64,000 nt of DNA from Candidatus Hydrogenedentota bacterium (lineage in GTDB: Bacteria; Hydrogenedentota; Hydrogenedentia; Hydrogenedentales; JAEUWI01), in contig JAXMOL010000004.1 of NCBI GenBank assembly GCA_034669905.1, forward strand, positions 128,001 to 192,000. Reading direction: 5' to 3'. This document shows, one piece after another, positions 39,946 through 50,243 of this stretch. Position 1 is the stretch's first letter. Each line of letters begins with the position of its first letter. A program made the translations under genes and the position numbers. Below the pieces are notes generated by a model. The model was not told the DNA's origin, did no database searches, and saw only the letters and a program-made list of their open reading frames with translations.

Positions 39946-41245
39946 GCGTCTCCTCGCCGCACAAAACACCAGTCCCTTCGCACCGGCCCGCTTAAAGCGC
40001 ACCATTATCCTGGGCTTCAAGAGCCTCTGGCTCCATCGCCTGCGTTCGCTCTTGACGGTGTTGGGTATCGTTTTCGGCGTATGCTCCGTGATCGCCATGC
40101 TGGCCGTGGGGGAAGGGGCCAGCTTCGAGGCGCAGGAACAGATTCGCCGTCTTGGCAGCAACAATATCATCCTGCGGAGCGTCAAGCCGCCGGATTCAGA
40201 CAGCAATTCGGCCGAGCAAACCTATGTCATCGAATATGGTCTGGTCTACGACGATCTCGAACGCATTCGAGAAACTATTCCGGGCGTGACCGTCGTGGTG
40301 CCCAACCGCATTATGCGCAAACGGCTATGGAACGCCACCCACCGGGCCGACGCCGATATCGTGGGCACGGTGCCCTGGTTTCCCGAGATGAAAAAGCTCA
40401 ACATGGCGGAAGGGCGCTTCTTTTCGGAGTTGGAGAGCCACGAAAAACGCAATGTCTGCGTGCTGAGCGCTTCGCTGGTAACGACTCTCTTTCCCATAGA
40501 CCATCCCATTGGCCGAAAATTGCGCGTTGGAAGCGACTACTACGAGGTCGTAGGGATTATCGATGTAGAATCCGGCCGCCCGGGCTCGTCGGATGAAGGG
40601 AGCAACCTGGACCGCATCTACATTCCGCTTACGACCGCGCGCGCACGCTTCGGAGAAGTGCTTCGAAAACGCAGTAGTGGCAGCTTCGAGAATGAAAAAG
40701 TTCAGCTCCACGAAGCCATCGTGCAGGTAAAAAATCAGGACGAAGTGGAAGAAATTGCCCTCATCATCGAGGAGATACTCAGTCGTTACCACAAGAAACG
40801 GGATTTTGAAATTGAAGTGCCGTTGGAATTGCTCCGGTCTGCAGAAGAGACGGCGCGCACCTTCAATATTCTGTTGGGCTCCATCGCAGCCATTTCCCTG
40901 CTGGTAGGCGGCATCGGCATCATGAATATTATGCTTGCCAGCGTCACGGAGCGCACCCGGGAAATTGGTATCCGCCGCGCTCTCGGTGCCAAGCACCGCG
41001 ATATCATTACCCAATTCCTGATTGAGACGGTGTTGCTCTCGGCCACCGGCGGTGCACTCGGTGTGGTGGTGGGCGTGCTCATCCCGATTGCCATCGGGCG
41101 CTTTACGGATATGATGACCATCGTCACCCCGGAAGGCCCCATCCTCGCCTTCACCATCTCGGGCATCGTGGGTATCATCTTTGGAATCTACCCGGCCATT
41201 CGCGCCGCCAATATGGATCCGGTGGAAGCCCTGCGCCACGAGTAG
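39938..41245 (+). CDS. MacB-family ABC permease
   Basis: RSLLTVLGIVFGV, GGIGIMNIMLASVTERTREIGIRRALGA, DPVEALRHE. Confidence 0.95.
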   Translation: MDKRLLAAQNTSPFAPARLKRTIILGFKSLWLHRLRSLLTVLGIVFGVCSVIAMLAVGEGASFEAQEQIRRLGSNNIILRSVKPPDSDSNSAEQTYVIEYGLVYDDLERIRETIPGVTVVVPNRIMRKRLWNATHRADADIVGTVPWFPEMKKLNMAEGRFFSELESHEKRNVCVLSASLVTTLFPIDHPIGRKLRVGSDYYEVVGIIDVESGRPGSSDEGSNLDRIYIPLTTARARFGEVLRKRSSGSFENEKVQLHEAIVQVKNQDEVEEIALIIEEILSRYHKKRDFEIEVPLELLRSAEETARTFNILLGSIAAISLLVGGIGIMNIMLASVTERTREIGIRRALGAKHRDIITQFLIETVLLSATGGALGVVVGVLIPIAIGRFTDMMTIVTPEGPILAFTISGIVGIIFGIYPAIRAANMDPVEALRHE

Positions 41246-41255
41246 TTTCGTGCGT

Positions 41256-42719
41256 TCATGGCGCCGTAGCGGGCACAGCCTCATCTACCGGGACCTTGGC
41301 CATGGTCCAACCTGCCGATGCGAGGCCCATGCCTACGAGGGGGCAGAGCAGATTGAAAAAGCACCAGGGGAGATAGGCCCACGTACTCACCCCCAGCACG
41401 GACGCGGCGAACGCCCCACACGTGTTCCAGGGAACCAGCACCGAAGTCACCGTACCACCATCTTCCAGGGCCCGAGAGAGGTTCTGTGGCGCAAGCTTCC
41501 GGGCGGCGTAAGTCCCCCGAAACATACGCCCGGGGACCACGATGGCCAGGTACTGCTCGGAGGCGGATATATTGAAAAAAATACAGGTACCAATGGTCGC
41601 CGCGATGAGACTTCCTGTACCCCGGACCAGATACAAGATGGCCCGAACAAAGGCCTGCAACATGCCTGTCGCCTCCATGACGCCCCCGAAAGTCATCGCC
41701 ATCAGGATAAGGAAGATGGTGTTCAGCATGCTTCCCATACCCCCCTTAGAAAAGAGATCGTCAATCAGGGGATTACCCGTTGCACTCTCGAAGCCGGAAG
41801 CTGCCGTGTAGACTATCTGCTGGTATGCGTGGAACAGGGTGCTTCCTTCTGCGGCGAAGAGTAGCTCCCGCTGGAACACGATGGCTTCCAATGCACCGAG
41901 AAGCATCCCCGCAATGAGGGCAGGAAGCGCGGGGACCCGTCGCAGTATGAGCGCCACGACGATCGCCGGTGCGATCAGGGTATGGAGTCCAATACTGAAG
42001 TGGGATGAAATAGTCTGGAGGGCATCCTGGACCACCTCCTCCTGGTAGTCGGTGCCCTGGTAAAAGAGCCCCACAATTCCGAAGCCGAGAAGGGCCAGGC
42101 CATAGGCGGGCAACGTGGTATAGAGCAAATGGCGGACGTGGGTGAAGAGTTCCGTGCCGGCCACCGCGGGTGCCAGATTGGTCGTGTCGGAAAGCGGCGA
42201 AAGTTTGTCCCCGAAATAGGACCCGGAGATTACCGCGCCGGCCACCATAGGCAAGGGGATGCCCAAGGTCTGCCCCGTAGCGACCAGCGCAACGCCGAGG
42301 GTGCCCATGGTCGACCAGCTGCTCCCGATAGAAATAGACACCAACGAGCAGGACAGGCAGGCCACGAGCAAGAATACGGCCGGGTTGATAAGCGTAATGC
42401 CGTAGTAGATCAGCGTCGGCACGATACCTGCCAGGATCCAGAGTCCAATAAGTCCGCCAACCGTCAGTAGAATCAAAATGGCCTGCATGGACAACCCGAT
42501 GGAATGAAGTGCGCCAGCTTCCAGTTTCTTATAGGGCACCTTGAGGTAGTAGCGCCCCAACAGACCGGCGACCATGGCAGCAAGCAAGAGGGCTATCTGA
42601 TTGGGCCCGCCGGTGGCGTTGTCCCCGAAAACGGCCACGTTCAGGCCCAGGAGACCAATGAGCGCGACCAGGGGGAGAATCGAAAGCAAGAATGAAGGGC
42701 GTATCGTCTCTTCGTCCAT
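41256..42719 (-). CDS. nhaC: Na+/H+ antiporter NhaC
   Basis: GSSWST.GT.G, SGSYFGDKLSPLSDTTNLA, SRALEDGGT, VPWNTCG; GGAG RBS before the ATG at 42719. Confidence 0.92.
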   Translation of the reverse strand: MDEETIRPSFLLSILPLVALIGLLGLNVAVFGDNATGGPNQIALLLAAMVAGLLGRYYLKVPYKKLEAGALHSIGLSMQAILILLTVGGLIGLWILAGIVPTLIYYGITLINPAVFLLVACLSCSLVSISIGSSWSTMGTLGVALVATGQTLGIPLPMVAGAVISGSYFGDKLSPLSDTTNLAPAVAGTELFTHVRHLLYTTLPAYGLALLGFGIVGLFYQGTDYQEEVVQDALQTISSHFSIGLHTLIAPAIVVALILRRVPALPALIAGMLLGALEAIVFQRELLFAAEGSTLFHAYQQIVYTAASGFESATGNPLIDDLFSKGGMGSMLNTIFLILMAMTFGGVMEATGMLQAFVRAILYLVRGTGSLIAATIGTCIFFNISASEQYLAIVVPGRMFRGTYAARKLAPQNLSRALEDGGTVTSVLVPWNTCGAFAASVLGVSTWAYLPWCFFNLLCPLVGMGLASAGWTMAKVPVDEAVPATAP

Positions 42720-42856
42720 ATTAACTCCAGTTCCAGTTAGGGCATGACTATAGTAAGGGACGGACAGGGCCCCATCAAAACGGCGATCCCGTGCATCCCA
42801 TCCTGCTCCTCTGCTACCCTCTCTTATCGACCAACACACTGCGGAAAGGTGAATCG

Positions 42857-43711
42857 ATGACACGCGCACTGATACGGGAGCCCGAGGCCGTCACGGTATT
42901 GGGACACGATGGCGTAACGCTGAACGTCTGGGACTACGGGGGAGAGGGGATTCCCCTGCTCCTGTGTCACTGCACGGGCACCCTGGGCCGCATCTGGGAT
43001 CCTGTTGTCTCCGCCCTGGGCGATCAGTTTCGTGTCTTGGCACCTGACACCCGGGGCCAGGGCGATTCGGAAGCCCCCCCAACCCGAGAGGACTATCGCT
43101 GGGATTTTTCCGGCAAGGATTTGCTGGCCATCCTGAAACACTTCGACCTGCCATCGGGCGTAGGAGCCGTGGGCCATTCTGCGGGTGGTGCCCATGTGGG
43201 TTATGCGGCGCTGGCGGCCCCGGATTCTTTCGGACGTATCATGCTCATGGATGCCGTAGTGGCCGATCGCCAGTTTTTTCAGGGCGATAATCCCCTGGCA
43301 GAAAAGGTGCGGCGCCGGCGGAACCAGTTTGATTCACTGGATGCGGCGCGGGCGCGGCTAAGCAGCAAGCCGCCCATGGCGCATTGGCACCCCGGGTCCG
43401 TGGCGGCCTATCTTGCCCATGCCTTTCTCATCGCACCGGATGGGTCCTGTGCGCTCAAGTGTCCCGGCACACGGGAAGCCTGGTTTTACGAATTGGGCGG
43501 CGCCAGTGACCTCTACGAGGCCCTGGGTGACATCGCCCTCCCAACGGCCCTGGTGACGGGTGAGCACAGTTATGGACAAGCATGGGTCGAAGCCCAGCAG
43601 GCACGACTCTCCGACGCCCGTATCGATGTGGTGCCCGGGGCAGGACACTTCATGCCCCAGGAGAAACCGGATGAAACCGCGGCATTGATTGCCGCGTGGT
43701 TTGGCCAATAG
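42857..43711 (+). CDS. Alpha/beta hydrolase
   Basis: DTRGQGDS, GHSAGG nucleophile elbow, GAGHFMPQEKP. Confidence 0.9.
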   Translation: MTRALIREPEAVTVLGHDGVTLNVWDYGGEGIPLLLCHCTGTLGRIWDPVVSALGDQFRVLAPDTRGQGDSEAPPTREDYRWDFSGKDLLAILKHFDLPSGVGAVGHSAGGAHVGYAALAAPDSFGRIMLMDAVVADRQFFQGDNPLAEKVRRRRNQFDSLDAARARLSSKPPMAHWHPGSVAAYLAHAFLIAPDGSCALKCPGTREAWFYELGGASDLYEALGDIALPTALVTGEHSYGQAWVEAQQARLSDARIDVVPGAGHFMPQEKPDETAALIAAWFGQ

Positions 43712-43739
43712 GTCTGCAGTGCGGTTCCAGGGAGGTGCC

Positions 43740-46700
43740 CTACTCTGGGAGCAGCCTCAGGGAAATCGGAAAACGTGCCCGCAATCCGTGGTGGGTATCC
43801 AGCGTGAGATATCCCTCCAGCTGTACCCCGGAATGGCCCACCGGGAGCGTCACGGTCTTGACGGCTTCGCCCCTTGGAGGGAGATCCCCAAGCGGAAATT
43901 TGTGGAAAGACTCGCCCTGTACTTCCAGTTCGAAGCCCAAATCACGCAGGTAAAAGGGGCGACGGTTCTTGATTCGGAGCGTCACCTTTTTACCCTCCAC
44001 GGCTTCGATGGACACCAGGGCATCGTCAAAGGCGCGATGGAACGCGTCGTCCATGATGCGGTGGGTGTTGTACCCGCCATCGAATACTCCCGGATGCCGA
44101 TCTGAGTTTCCCTTCATATAGAAATACCCACCGGCCATTTGGGCCTCTTCTACGCCCCACCGAAAGAGGTCATCCAGGGCCTCCACACCGGTCGTCGGCA
44201 CCGCACCATGGTAGGAGTTAAACTCCGTAAAAATAACCGGCATCTGGTGTGACCGGGCGATGGCGACGCTACGCTCAATCAGGGGATGACGGTCAACTGC
44301 TTTCTGCGTGTCGGAAAAGTAGTAATTGACACCCATGACGTCCTGGCCCTGCCAGAGATCTTGCCCATAGAGATTGGCATAATGCACGGGACGCTGGTAG
44401 GGATCATGAATCTGATAGAGGGGGTGCATGGCTGTCAAAAACGCGACGTGTTCCCCTCCGATCTCATTGGCAGAATTCCAAAGCAAGACCCCGGCACTGT
44501 CGGCGTAGCGGGCGATAAAGGCGCGGGTCAGCGCCCGGGATGTGGCGAGTGGGGGACCATCCTGCCGACCAAATATTTCCTCGGTCGAGGCCACACTGAA
44601 GGGCGCGAGGACGTCATAGGTCAGGCCATCCTCCACGGCCATGTCAATCTGCCAGCGAGCCGGGTAGTCCCCACGCAACGAATTGAAACCGAGGTCTTTG
44701 AGAATTCGCATCATGAGCCGGGTGCGGGCGGGACTGGCGCCATCCATCCCATGGACGTTGACGCCTTTCACGATGAAGGGCTCGCCGTTGACGAGCAATT
44801 GACCATCACGGGTTTCCACGACGGTCGCCACCAGGCGGTCATACCAGGTGATGCGTCCGTCGGTCGCGGTGATGTTGTAGTACCCGCCGAAATGGGGTGT
44901 AACCTCAAGAACCACTTCTTCCGATTCGACATCCGACGAAAGGGGCTCCCCAACATCCCCCTGAAGGACAATATTCATGGGCCTTCCGTCAGGCGCGGGG
45001 ACACACCGAATCCTCAGCTCTCCGTCTACGAGTTGCTCCCGAATGAAGCGGGGTCCCTGCGATTCCGTGTCGGTCACCCAGGGAAGGGTGCTCTGCGTGA
45101 GCAATCCCCGTTCTCCATAGACCCGGAATTCCGCCATCAGGGGGCCGCGGTGGCGACCGGGTACCGAAAAATGAAAGGTCTGGGTTTTGGAAGCGTCGAT
45201 AGGGCGTTCTTGTACTTCCTCAAGAATCGCCTTGCCCGAGGGAGCCAAGAGGCGAAAGAGCACTTCGACGTTCTCATGGGGGCCATCGTTTCGGAGCGAT
45301 ATGGCAACCGCTTCCCCATCGGCCGTATCTTCAATGATGTGCTTACCCAAAGTCATCGCCGCACTGGAGACGTAAAAGCGTCCCGCAGGATACGACTGCC
45401 CCACGCGACTGGTAAGCACCCCAGGCACATTGTCGAGGAGGAAAGAAGCCCCGCTGCCTTCCGCGCGCAGGGATACTTCCAGATGGTGATTTTCATCCAA
45501 CACGACGGGCTGGGAAACTTTCTTTACCGTGTCATCCCGCGGAACCGTGAGCGCCACGGTTTGCCAATAGGTCTTCCCGGCTTGCCATTCGCCGAGTGGG
45601 GGAACGAGGTCCTGCACCACGTGCGCAACCCGACGTACGCCCAAGGGGTCCCGTAGATCAACCTGTAGCGACGCCCCTTCTGGTGGGGCGGCACCCTGCA
45701 AGGAGAAGGGTATTCGAAGCCTGTAGGTATTTCCCATCACGAAACTCGAGACTTCCGAGTCTACCTCTCCAAAGGAAATACGAAAGGCCGATCGGTAGTG
45801 GTCCACTGCAGCGCCCTCGTGCGCGGCCGGCGCACGGAGATCGGGGACTGCTTCCCAGGGTATTTCCAGTTCACGTTCACGAAGCCCATCGCCCTTCGGG
45901 CCTTGCAGCTCCGCCAGGGTTTCGTCTACAAAAGCCAAGGCCCGTTGCGCGCCATCCCTGTCGCCAACCTCTTGAAGCCCTTGGGCCTGTTCCAAGAGGG
46001 CCTTCGAAACCCGGAACGTCTCGTCCACCGCAGCATCGTGCGCAGAAAACGGGGAGAGAGCCGTGAGCAAGGCCGCGCGCGCGTTCAGTTGATTGACCGT
46101 CTGGCTCGGTGGGGCCACATGAAAACGACGCGTCAACGGCGTTCCCACGGACGGAGTCACGGTGAGCGCATAGGAGCCTTCGCCCAACGCCTCATCGAGC
46201 GCAAAGGACTGTGTCGAGGCGCCTTCGGCAAAGGATGCCGTAACCCGCCCGGTGGCAACGGGCTCACCTTCGATATCGGTGACCCTATATTCAATGGCTT
46301 CTTCCACCGCCTCGTTTCGGTTTGCGAAGAGCACAACCGGGAGCGCCTCGCCGGTCGCGACCTCAGAGCGGGGGAGGTAGACGTAATTCAGCGGCGCCTC
46401 AATCGAGATATCCAAGGGGTCAAAGGCGTAGTAAGCCAGGTCGATATCCCCCGAATTAATGCGAATACCGAAGCGGTCTCCCGGCAGGGACACGGAACTT
46501 TCGATGGCCCAGCCCGTCGGCTCGGCTCCATGGGCCGGCCAGAATCTCGCACGCACCCTATCCCCTTCGATCTGCACTTTTTGCCAAATCCATCCTGTCA
46601 CATTCCATTCGTCCGTAATCAGTCCCGTGGCGACCGACTCCGCCAGCGCGTAATCCTCACCGGATTCGGGCGCAAAGCGAAAGGAGATGCCGGTATCGTT

Positions 46701-47069
46701 ATCCTGCTCCAACCAGAGATGGGGCCGCACGGTCTTCGTGTTGTGCTCCAGGCCCAGATCGTCTCCAAAGGCTCCCCCGACCAACACGACGCCATCGGCA
46801 TCGTGCACGGAGGCATCCCGCTCCCGATAGAGCGCCACGTAGGTCCCATCCTGTTGATGGCCCCCTTTGGCCAGCAGCAGACAGCGGGACCCCGTCAGCC
46901 GGAGTACTTCGGGGCCATAGCCCGGCGGAGCATCTTCCACGCTTGCTTGAAGGAAACGGCCATCGCCGTCATAGTCCAGATAATCCCACGCACCTGGATC
47001 GGGTTCCCCCTGATAGAGGGGGGCTGCCGGAAAAAGGCTGAGTAATGCCGCAACGAAGAATATATTCAT
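43740..47069 (-). CDS. Large secreted multidomain protein with a C-terminal clan GH-A (GH2-like) TIM barrel
   Basis: Signal peptide. C-terminal LLVNGEPFIVKGVNVH, GFNSLR, LLWNSANE, DPYQRPV, PVIFTEF. Confidence 0.7.
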   Translation of the reverse strand: MNIFFVAALLSLFPAAPLYQGEPDPGAWDYLDYDGDGRFLQASVEDAPPGYGPEVLRLTGSRCLLLAKGGHQQDGTYVALYRERDASVHDADGVVLVGGAFGDDLGLEHNTKTVRPHLWLEQDNDTGISFRFAPESGEDYALAESVATGLITDEWNVTGWIWQKVQIEGDRVRARFWPAHGAEPTGWAIESSVSLPGDRFGIRINSGDIDLAYYAFDPLDISIEAPLNYVYLPRSEVATGEALPVVLFANRNEAVEEAIEYRVTDIEGEPVATGRVTASFAEGASTQSFALDEALGEGSYALTVTPSVGTPLTRRFHVAPPSQTVNQLNARAALLTALSPFSAHDAAVDETFRVSKALLEQAQGLQEVGDRDGAQRALAFVDETLAELQGPKGDGLRERELEIPWEAVPDLRAPAAHEGAAVDHYRSAFRISFGEVDSEVSSFVMGNTYRLRIPFSLQGAAPPEGASLQVDLRDPLGVRRVAHVVQDLVPPLGEWQAGKTYWQTVALTVPRDDTVKKVSQPVVLDENHHLEVSLRAEGSGASFLLDNVPGVLTSRVGQSYPAGRFYVSSAAMTLGKHIIEDTADGEAVAISLRNDGPHENVEVLFRLLAPSGKAILEEVQERPIDASKTQTFHFSVPGRHRGPLMAEFRVYGERGLLTQSTLPWVTDTESQGPRFIREQLVDGELRIRCVPAPDGRPMNIVLQGDVGEPLSSDVESEEVVLEVTPHFGGYYNITATDGRITWYDRLVATVVETRDGQLLVNGEPFIVKGVNVHGMDGASPARTRLMMRILKDLGFNSLRGDYPARWQIDMAVEDGLTYDVLAPFSVASTEEIFGRQDGPPLATSRALTRAFIARYADSAGVLLWNSANEIGGEHVAFLTAMHPLYQIHDPYQRPVHYANLYGQDLWQGQDVMGVNYYFSDTQKAVDRHPLIERSVAIARSHQMPVIFTEFNSYHGAVPTTGVEALDDLFRWGVEEAQMAGGYFYMKGNSDRHPGVFDGGYNTHRIMDDAFHRAFDDALVSIEAVEGKKVTLRIKNRRPFYLRDLGFELEVQGESFHKFPLGDLPPRGEAVKTVTLPVGHSGVQLEGYLTLDTHHGLRARFPISLRLLPE

Positions 47070-47213
47070 GATGTGCTCCCATCAGACCAGACAAAAGAAG
47101 TCCGATGGTAACGGATAGGTACCTGCCATGCCAAGGAAATCCGGGAAGGAGCTTGCCCTGTTCACGGGACACGGCAAAGGCCACCGATTGTTCATCGGCA
47201 CCCCTGCGGATAC

Positions 47214-48044
47214 TTAGCGCATGTCCATGGCGGCCATCCGACGGGCCTCGGCCTTGCCATACCACCAGCGGAGTACCATGTATCCTGCGCCGAAGTTGAT
47301 GAATCCAATGCCACCGAGTAATGCGAACATGTACCAGACCAGCCAGGGCATGTCCTGACGCCACAAGACGAGGGCACTCAACAAGGCCGCACCGCTCGCA
47401 AAGACGAGACCGAGGGTGATGGACAACACGGGAACGCGGGCATGGCCCTTCCACGCGAAGAAGCAGGCCAGGGTGGCCCAAAGCGCACTGCCAAGACCGA
47501 AAAGGCTCCCGAGGACTCCTGCCATCGCGTGGCTCAACATCGGGCTATCCTCGGTGCTGAGAGAAAGCTGCCCCAGCGTCACACGGCCCGGACCTTCGAA
47601 TCGGACGCCAAGGCGGACATGATCAATGGTATCGTCCGCCTGAAGGAAGAAGGGCGTGGACGTCAGCCGCTCCGCCGAGTCCCCGCTGAAGGTATCATTG
47701 AGCGCCCGCGAGAACCAGGCATTTTCCCCCGCTACGGCCCACATCTCCAGGTAGGCTGTCCCGGAAAGTCCTTCGCTTCCCATGAGCGCCTCATAACGCA
47801 GTACCGTTTCCGAAAGCCCGGGCGTCTCGAGCTCCCGAAGTACGATCGACGTAGGTTCCGTGCGGGTGTTTTCAATTTCCAGCCGGGGCCCGGATGCCCT
47901 ATCGACCACACGCAGCGTAACTCCCTCGGGGGGCGTCGCTTCGGCCACCCACTGGGCCAGGTTTGGTGCCTGCATCAGTCCCTCCGTGAACGCCGATGTA
48001 CAGAGCGCGATGAGCAGTAGGGTAATGAAGTTCCGGGTTTTCAT
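47214..48044 (-). CDS. Hypothetical protein: signal peptide, beta-rich domain, ~3 C-terminal TM helices
   Basis: GGAGG RBS, 4-nt overlap with the upstream gene, hydrophobicity pattern. Confidence 0.75.
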   Translation of the reverse strand: MKTRNFITLLLIALCTSAFTEGLMQAPNLAQWVAEATPPEGVTLRVVDRASGPRLEIENTRTEPTSIVLRELETPGLSETVLRYEALMGSEGLSGTAYLEMWAVAGENAWFSRALNDTFSGDSAERLTSTPFFLQADDTIDHVRLGVRFEGPGRVTLGQLSLSTEDSPMLSHAMAGVLGSLFGLGSALWATLACFFAWKGHARVPVLSITLGLVFASGAALLSALVLWRQDMPWLVWYMFALLGGIGFINFGAGYMVLRWWYGKAEARRMAAMDMR

Positions 48045-48358
48045 GGGGAATCCTCCGTAGGAGTAAGGCACGCCTCGTGGGCGCGTAACAGGACTTTGGC
48101 CGACTCAGAACTGAGCTTTCCATCGGCCACTAACAGGCGCAGTGACTTCCGAAACGGGTCGTCATCTGCCTCGGCCTCCGCCGCTTCTACTTTGGCAATA
48201 AGCCGGTCCAGGCGGGCACGGAGGGTCGGATAGGAGACCCCGTACTCTTTCGCCAAGGCCTTCAGAGAGCCCGAGGCCAGAACAAAGCGCCGAATGAAAT
48301 GGATATCTTCCTCGGCGAGGGCTTCCAACCACGGGGGCAACGCAGGTTTCACGACCAT
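48041..48358 (-). CDS. DUF2089 family putative HTH regulator
   Basis: FIRRFVLASGSLKALAKEYGVSYPTLRARLDRLI; AAGGAG RBS. Confidence 0.88.
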   Translation of the reverse strand: MVVKPALPPWLEALAEEDIHFIRRFVLASGSLKALAKEYGVSYPTLRARLDRLIAKVEAAEAEADDDPFRKSLRLLVADGKLSSESAKVLLRAHEACLTPTEDSP

Positions 48359-48388
48359 CTCCTTTTAACAAAATTAAATCTTAACTAA

Positions 48389-48417
48389 ATTATACTTAAG
48401 AACAGGCCATGCGTCAA
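48389..48417 (-). promoter_or_regulatory. Near-consensus sigma70 promoter for the DUF2089 operon
   Basis: Minus-strand TTGACG-17 bp-TATAAT within an AT-rich patch. Confidence 0.8.
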
Positions 48418-48544
48418 ATAATATTCAATCCCACTTACATAAAATTAAAGGGCGGCGCACTGTCGCACCCACGAAATGTGTACCCCGTTGCACCGGTGGG
48501 AGTGCCCTGTTATGCTCACAACCGCAACCAACGGAAAGGTACCC

Positions 48545-49378
48545 ATGATGGACTATCAGGAAATCCTCTTTGACGTCAGCGACTACATCGCCACCATCAC
48601 CCTCAACCGTCCCGACAAGTTGAATGCGTGGACCATGCGGATGGAAGCCGAGTATCGCGCGGCCATGGCCGATGCGGAACGGCGTGACGATGTGCGGGTC
48701 ATTATTGTGACGGGTGCAGGCCGGGGGTTTTGTGCCGGTGCAGATATGAGCCTGTTAAGTGCGATTACGGGCGGCGACGTGGACCTCGACAATGCGCAGG
48801 AGCACGAGCTTGCGGAACCCGGGGCATGGGAGGGTGTCAAGGCCGACTTTCAGAAGACCTACACCTTTCCCCTCGCGGTACGCAAGCCAATTATTGGTGC
48901 CGTTAACGGGCACGCCATGGGTATCGGGTTGGTCCACGCCATGTACTGCGACATTCGCTTCGCGAGTGACAAGGCCAGGTTTGGCACCGCGTTTTCACAG
49001 CGGGGACTCATTGCGGAGCATGGCCTGAGCTGGATGCTCCCTCGCCTGATCGGGGTGGAAAACGCCTTGGATCTACTCTATTCCGCGCGAATCATAGAAG
49101 CCGATGAAGCCAAAGGGATGGGTCTGGTAAGCCGTGTGGTGCCCCACGATGAACTCCTGGACCGCGCCCGGGAATACGCCACCCATCTGGCCACGATGTG
49201 TTCACCCCGTGCGCTGGGAATCATCAAGCGCCAGGTCTACGAATCCCTGCTGAGTGACCTGGGGTCCGCGACCGATATCGCCATCAAGGAAATGTTCGAC
49301 AGTTTCGTCACCGAAGACTTTGCCGAAGGCGTGCAGTCCTTTCTGGAAAAACGTCCGCCAGAATTCACAGGGAAATAG
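48545..49378 (+). CDS. Enoyl-CoA hydratase/isomerase family protein
   Basis: ITLNRPDKLNA, GRGFCAGADM, KPIIGAVNGHAMG, DFAEGVQSFLEKRPP.F. Confidence 0.93.
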   Translation: MMDYQEILFDVSDYIATITLNRPDKLNAWTMRMEAEYRAAMADAERRDDVRVIIVTGAGRGFCAGADMSLLSAITGGDVDLDNAQEHELAEPGAWEGVKADFQKTYTFPLAVRKPIIGAVNGHAMGIGLVHAMYCDIRFASDKARFGTAFSQRGLIAEHGLSWMLPRLIGVENALDLLYSARIIEADEAKGMGLVSRVVPHDELLDRAREYATHLATMCSPRALGIIKRQVYESLLSDLGSATDIAIKEMFDSFVTEDFAEGVQSFLEKRPPEFTGK

Positions 49379-49388
49379 TCCGAGGCGA

Positions 49389-50057
49389 CTACGCGAGTGT
49401 AATGTCATCCCAGGCCACGTCGGGCGTAATGCTCCACGTGAGCGCGTGACACCGTTCCTGGACGACGCCCAAGGGGAACCGGGCATCTTTGTTGGATTCC
49501 GCCATGACCCGATAGGCGTGGTAGGCACAATAGAACAGGTCTTCCAATGCAATGACATCGATGACATCCCGTTGGCCCTGTTTGGCCACCAGGCGGGGGA
49601 GGTCGATGTCGAAAAGTTCGAGGAAATCCCGGTTGAGGGCAGGCCCCACATTGCTGGTCATGGGCACGCCGTCGAAGCCGGGCTGGAGATGAAATCCCAA
49701 TATCCAGGCAAGGGACCACATACTCTCCGTAGCCCAACCGGCCTGATCGCGATATTCTGCCGCGCCGGCACGTTCCGTGTTGACGATATCCCGTTCCGCG
49801 TCCGTCAGCATGTCGAAGAGCCCGTTGTCATCAATATAGCGGGTCAGCACGTGGGAGGGCACCAACGCTTCGGAGGCACAGGTCCAGGCGACGGTGGCGT
49901 GCAGCCCCATGAGCCGCTGGGCAATTTCGATCCGTGAACGAAGGGTCTGGCCCGTACGCTCGGAGCAAAGGGGGAGTCCCTCAGGTGCATCCAGCCCGAA
50001 TTTTGCCAGGGCGTTCCGCCCGTTCTCCCGAATGTCCTCTGCTTCCTGACGCGTCAT
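49389..50057 (-). CDS. DUF4272-like protein
   Basis: W..ESMWSLAWILG, DLFYCAYHA and VVQERCHALTW pattern; AAGGG RBS. Confidence 0.7.
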   Translation of the reverse strand: MTRQEAEDIRENGRNALAKFGLDAPEGLPLCSERTGQTLRSRIEIAQRLMGLHATVAWTCASEALVPSHVLTRYIDDNGLFDMLTDAERDIVNTERAGAAEYRDQAGWATESMWSLAWILGFHLQPGFDGVPMTSNVGPALNRDFLELFDIDLPRLVAKQGQRDVIDVIALEDLFYCAYHAYRVMAESNKDARFPLGVVQERCHALTWSITPDVAWDDITLA

Positions 50058-50160
50058 GTGCAATCCCTTTCTGCCGACATCGGTCACGACCCCATACCGG
50101 GCTGACCAACGGAAATCCCCTGTGTTGACTATACGAAAAGCCGTAGTAGACGTCAATACC

Positions 50161-50203
50161 AAAAAGAAAACGTTGCCTGCTGTAGGGCCTACAGCAGGCA
50201 ACG
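50161..50203 (-). terminator. Intrinsic terminator of the Gfo/Idh/MocA gene
   Basis: CGTTGCCTGCTGTAG-GGC-CTACAGCAGGCAACG perfect 15-bp stem with an A-run on the left (U-tract on the minus strand). Confidence 0.85.
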
Positions 50204-50243
50204 GAACTAGCGACTATACTTCGAAAGGGCTTGACGGAACGGC

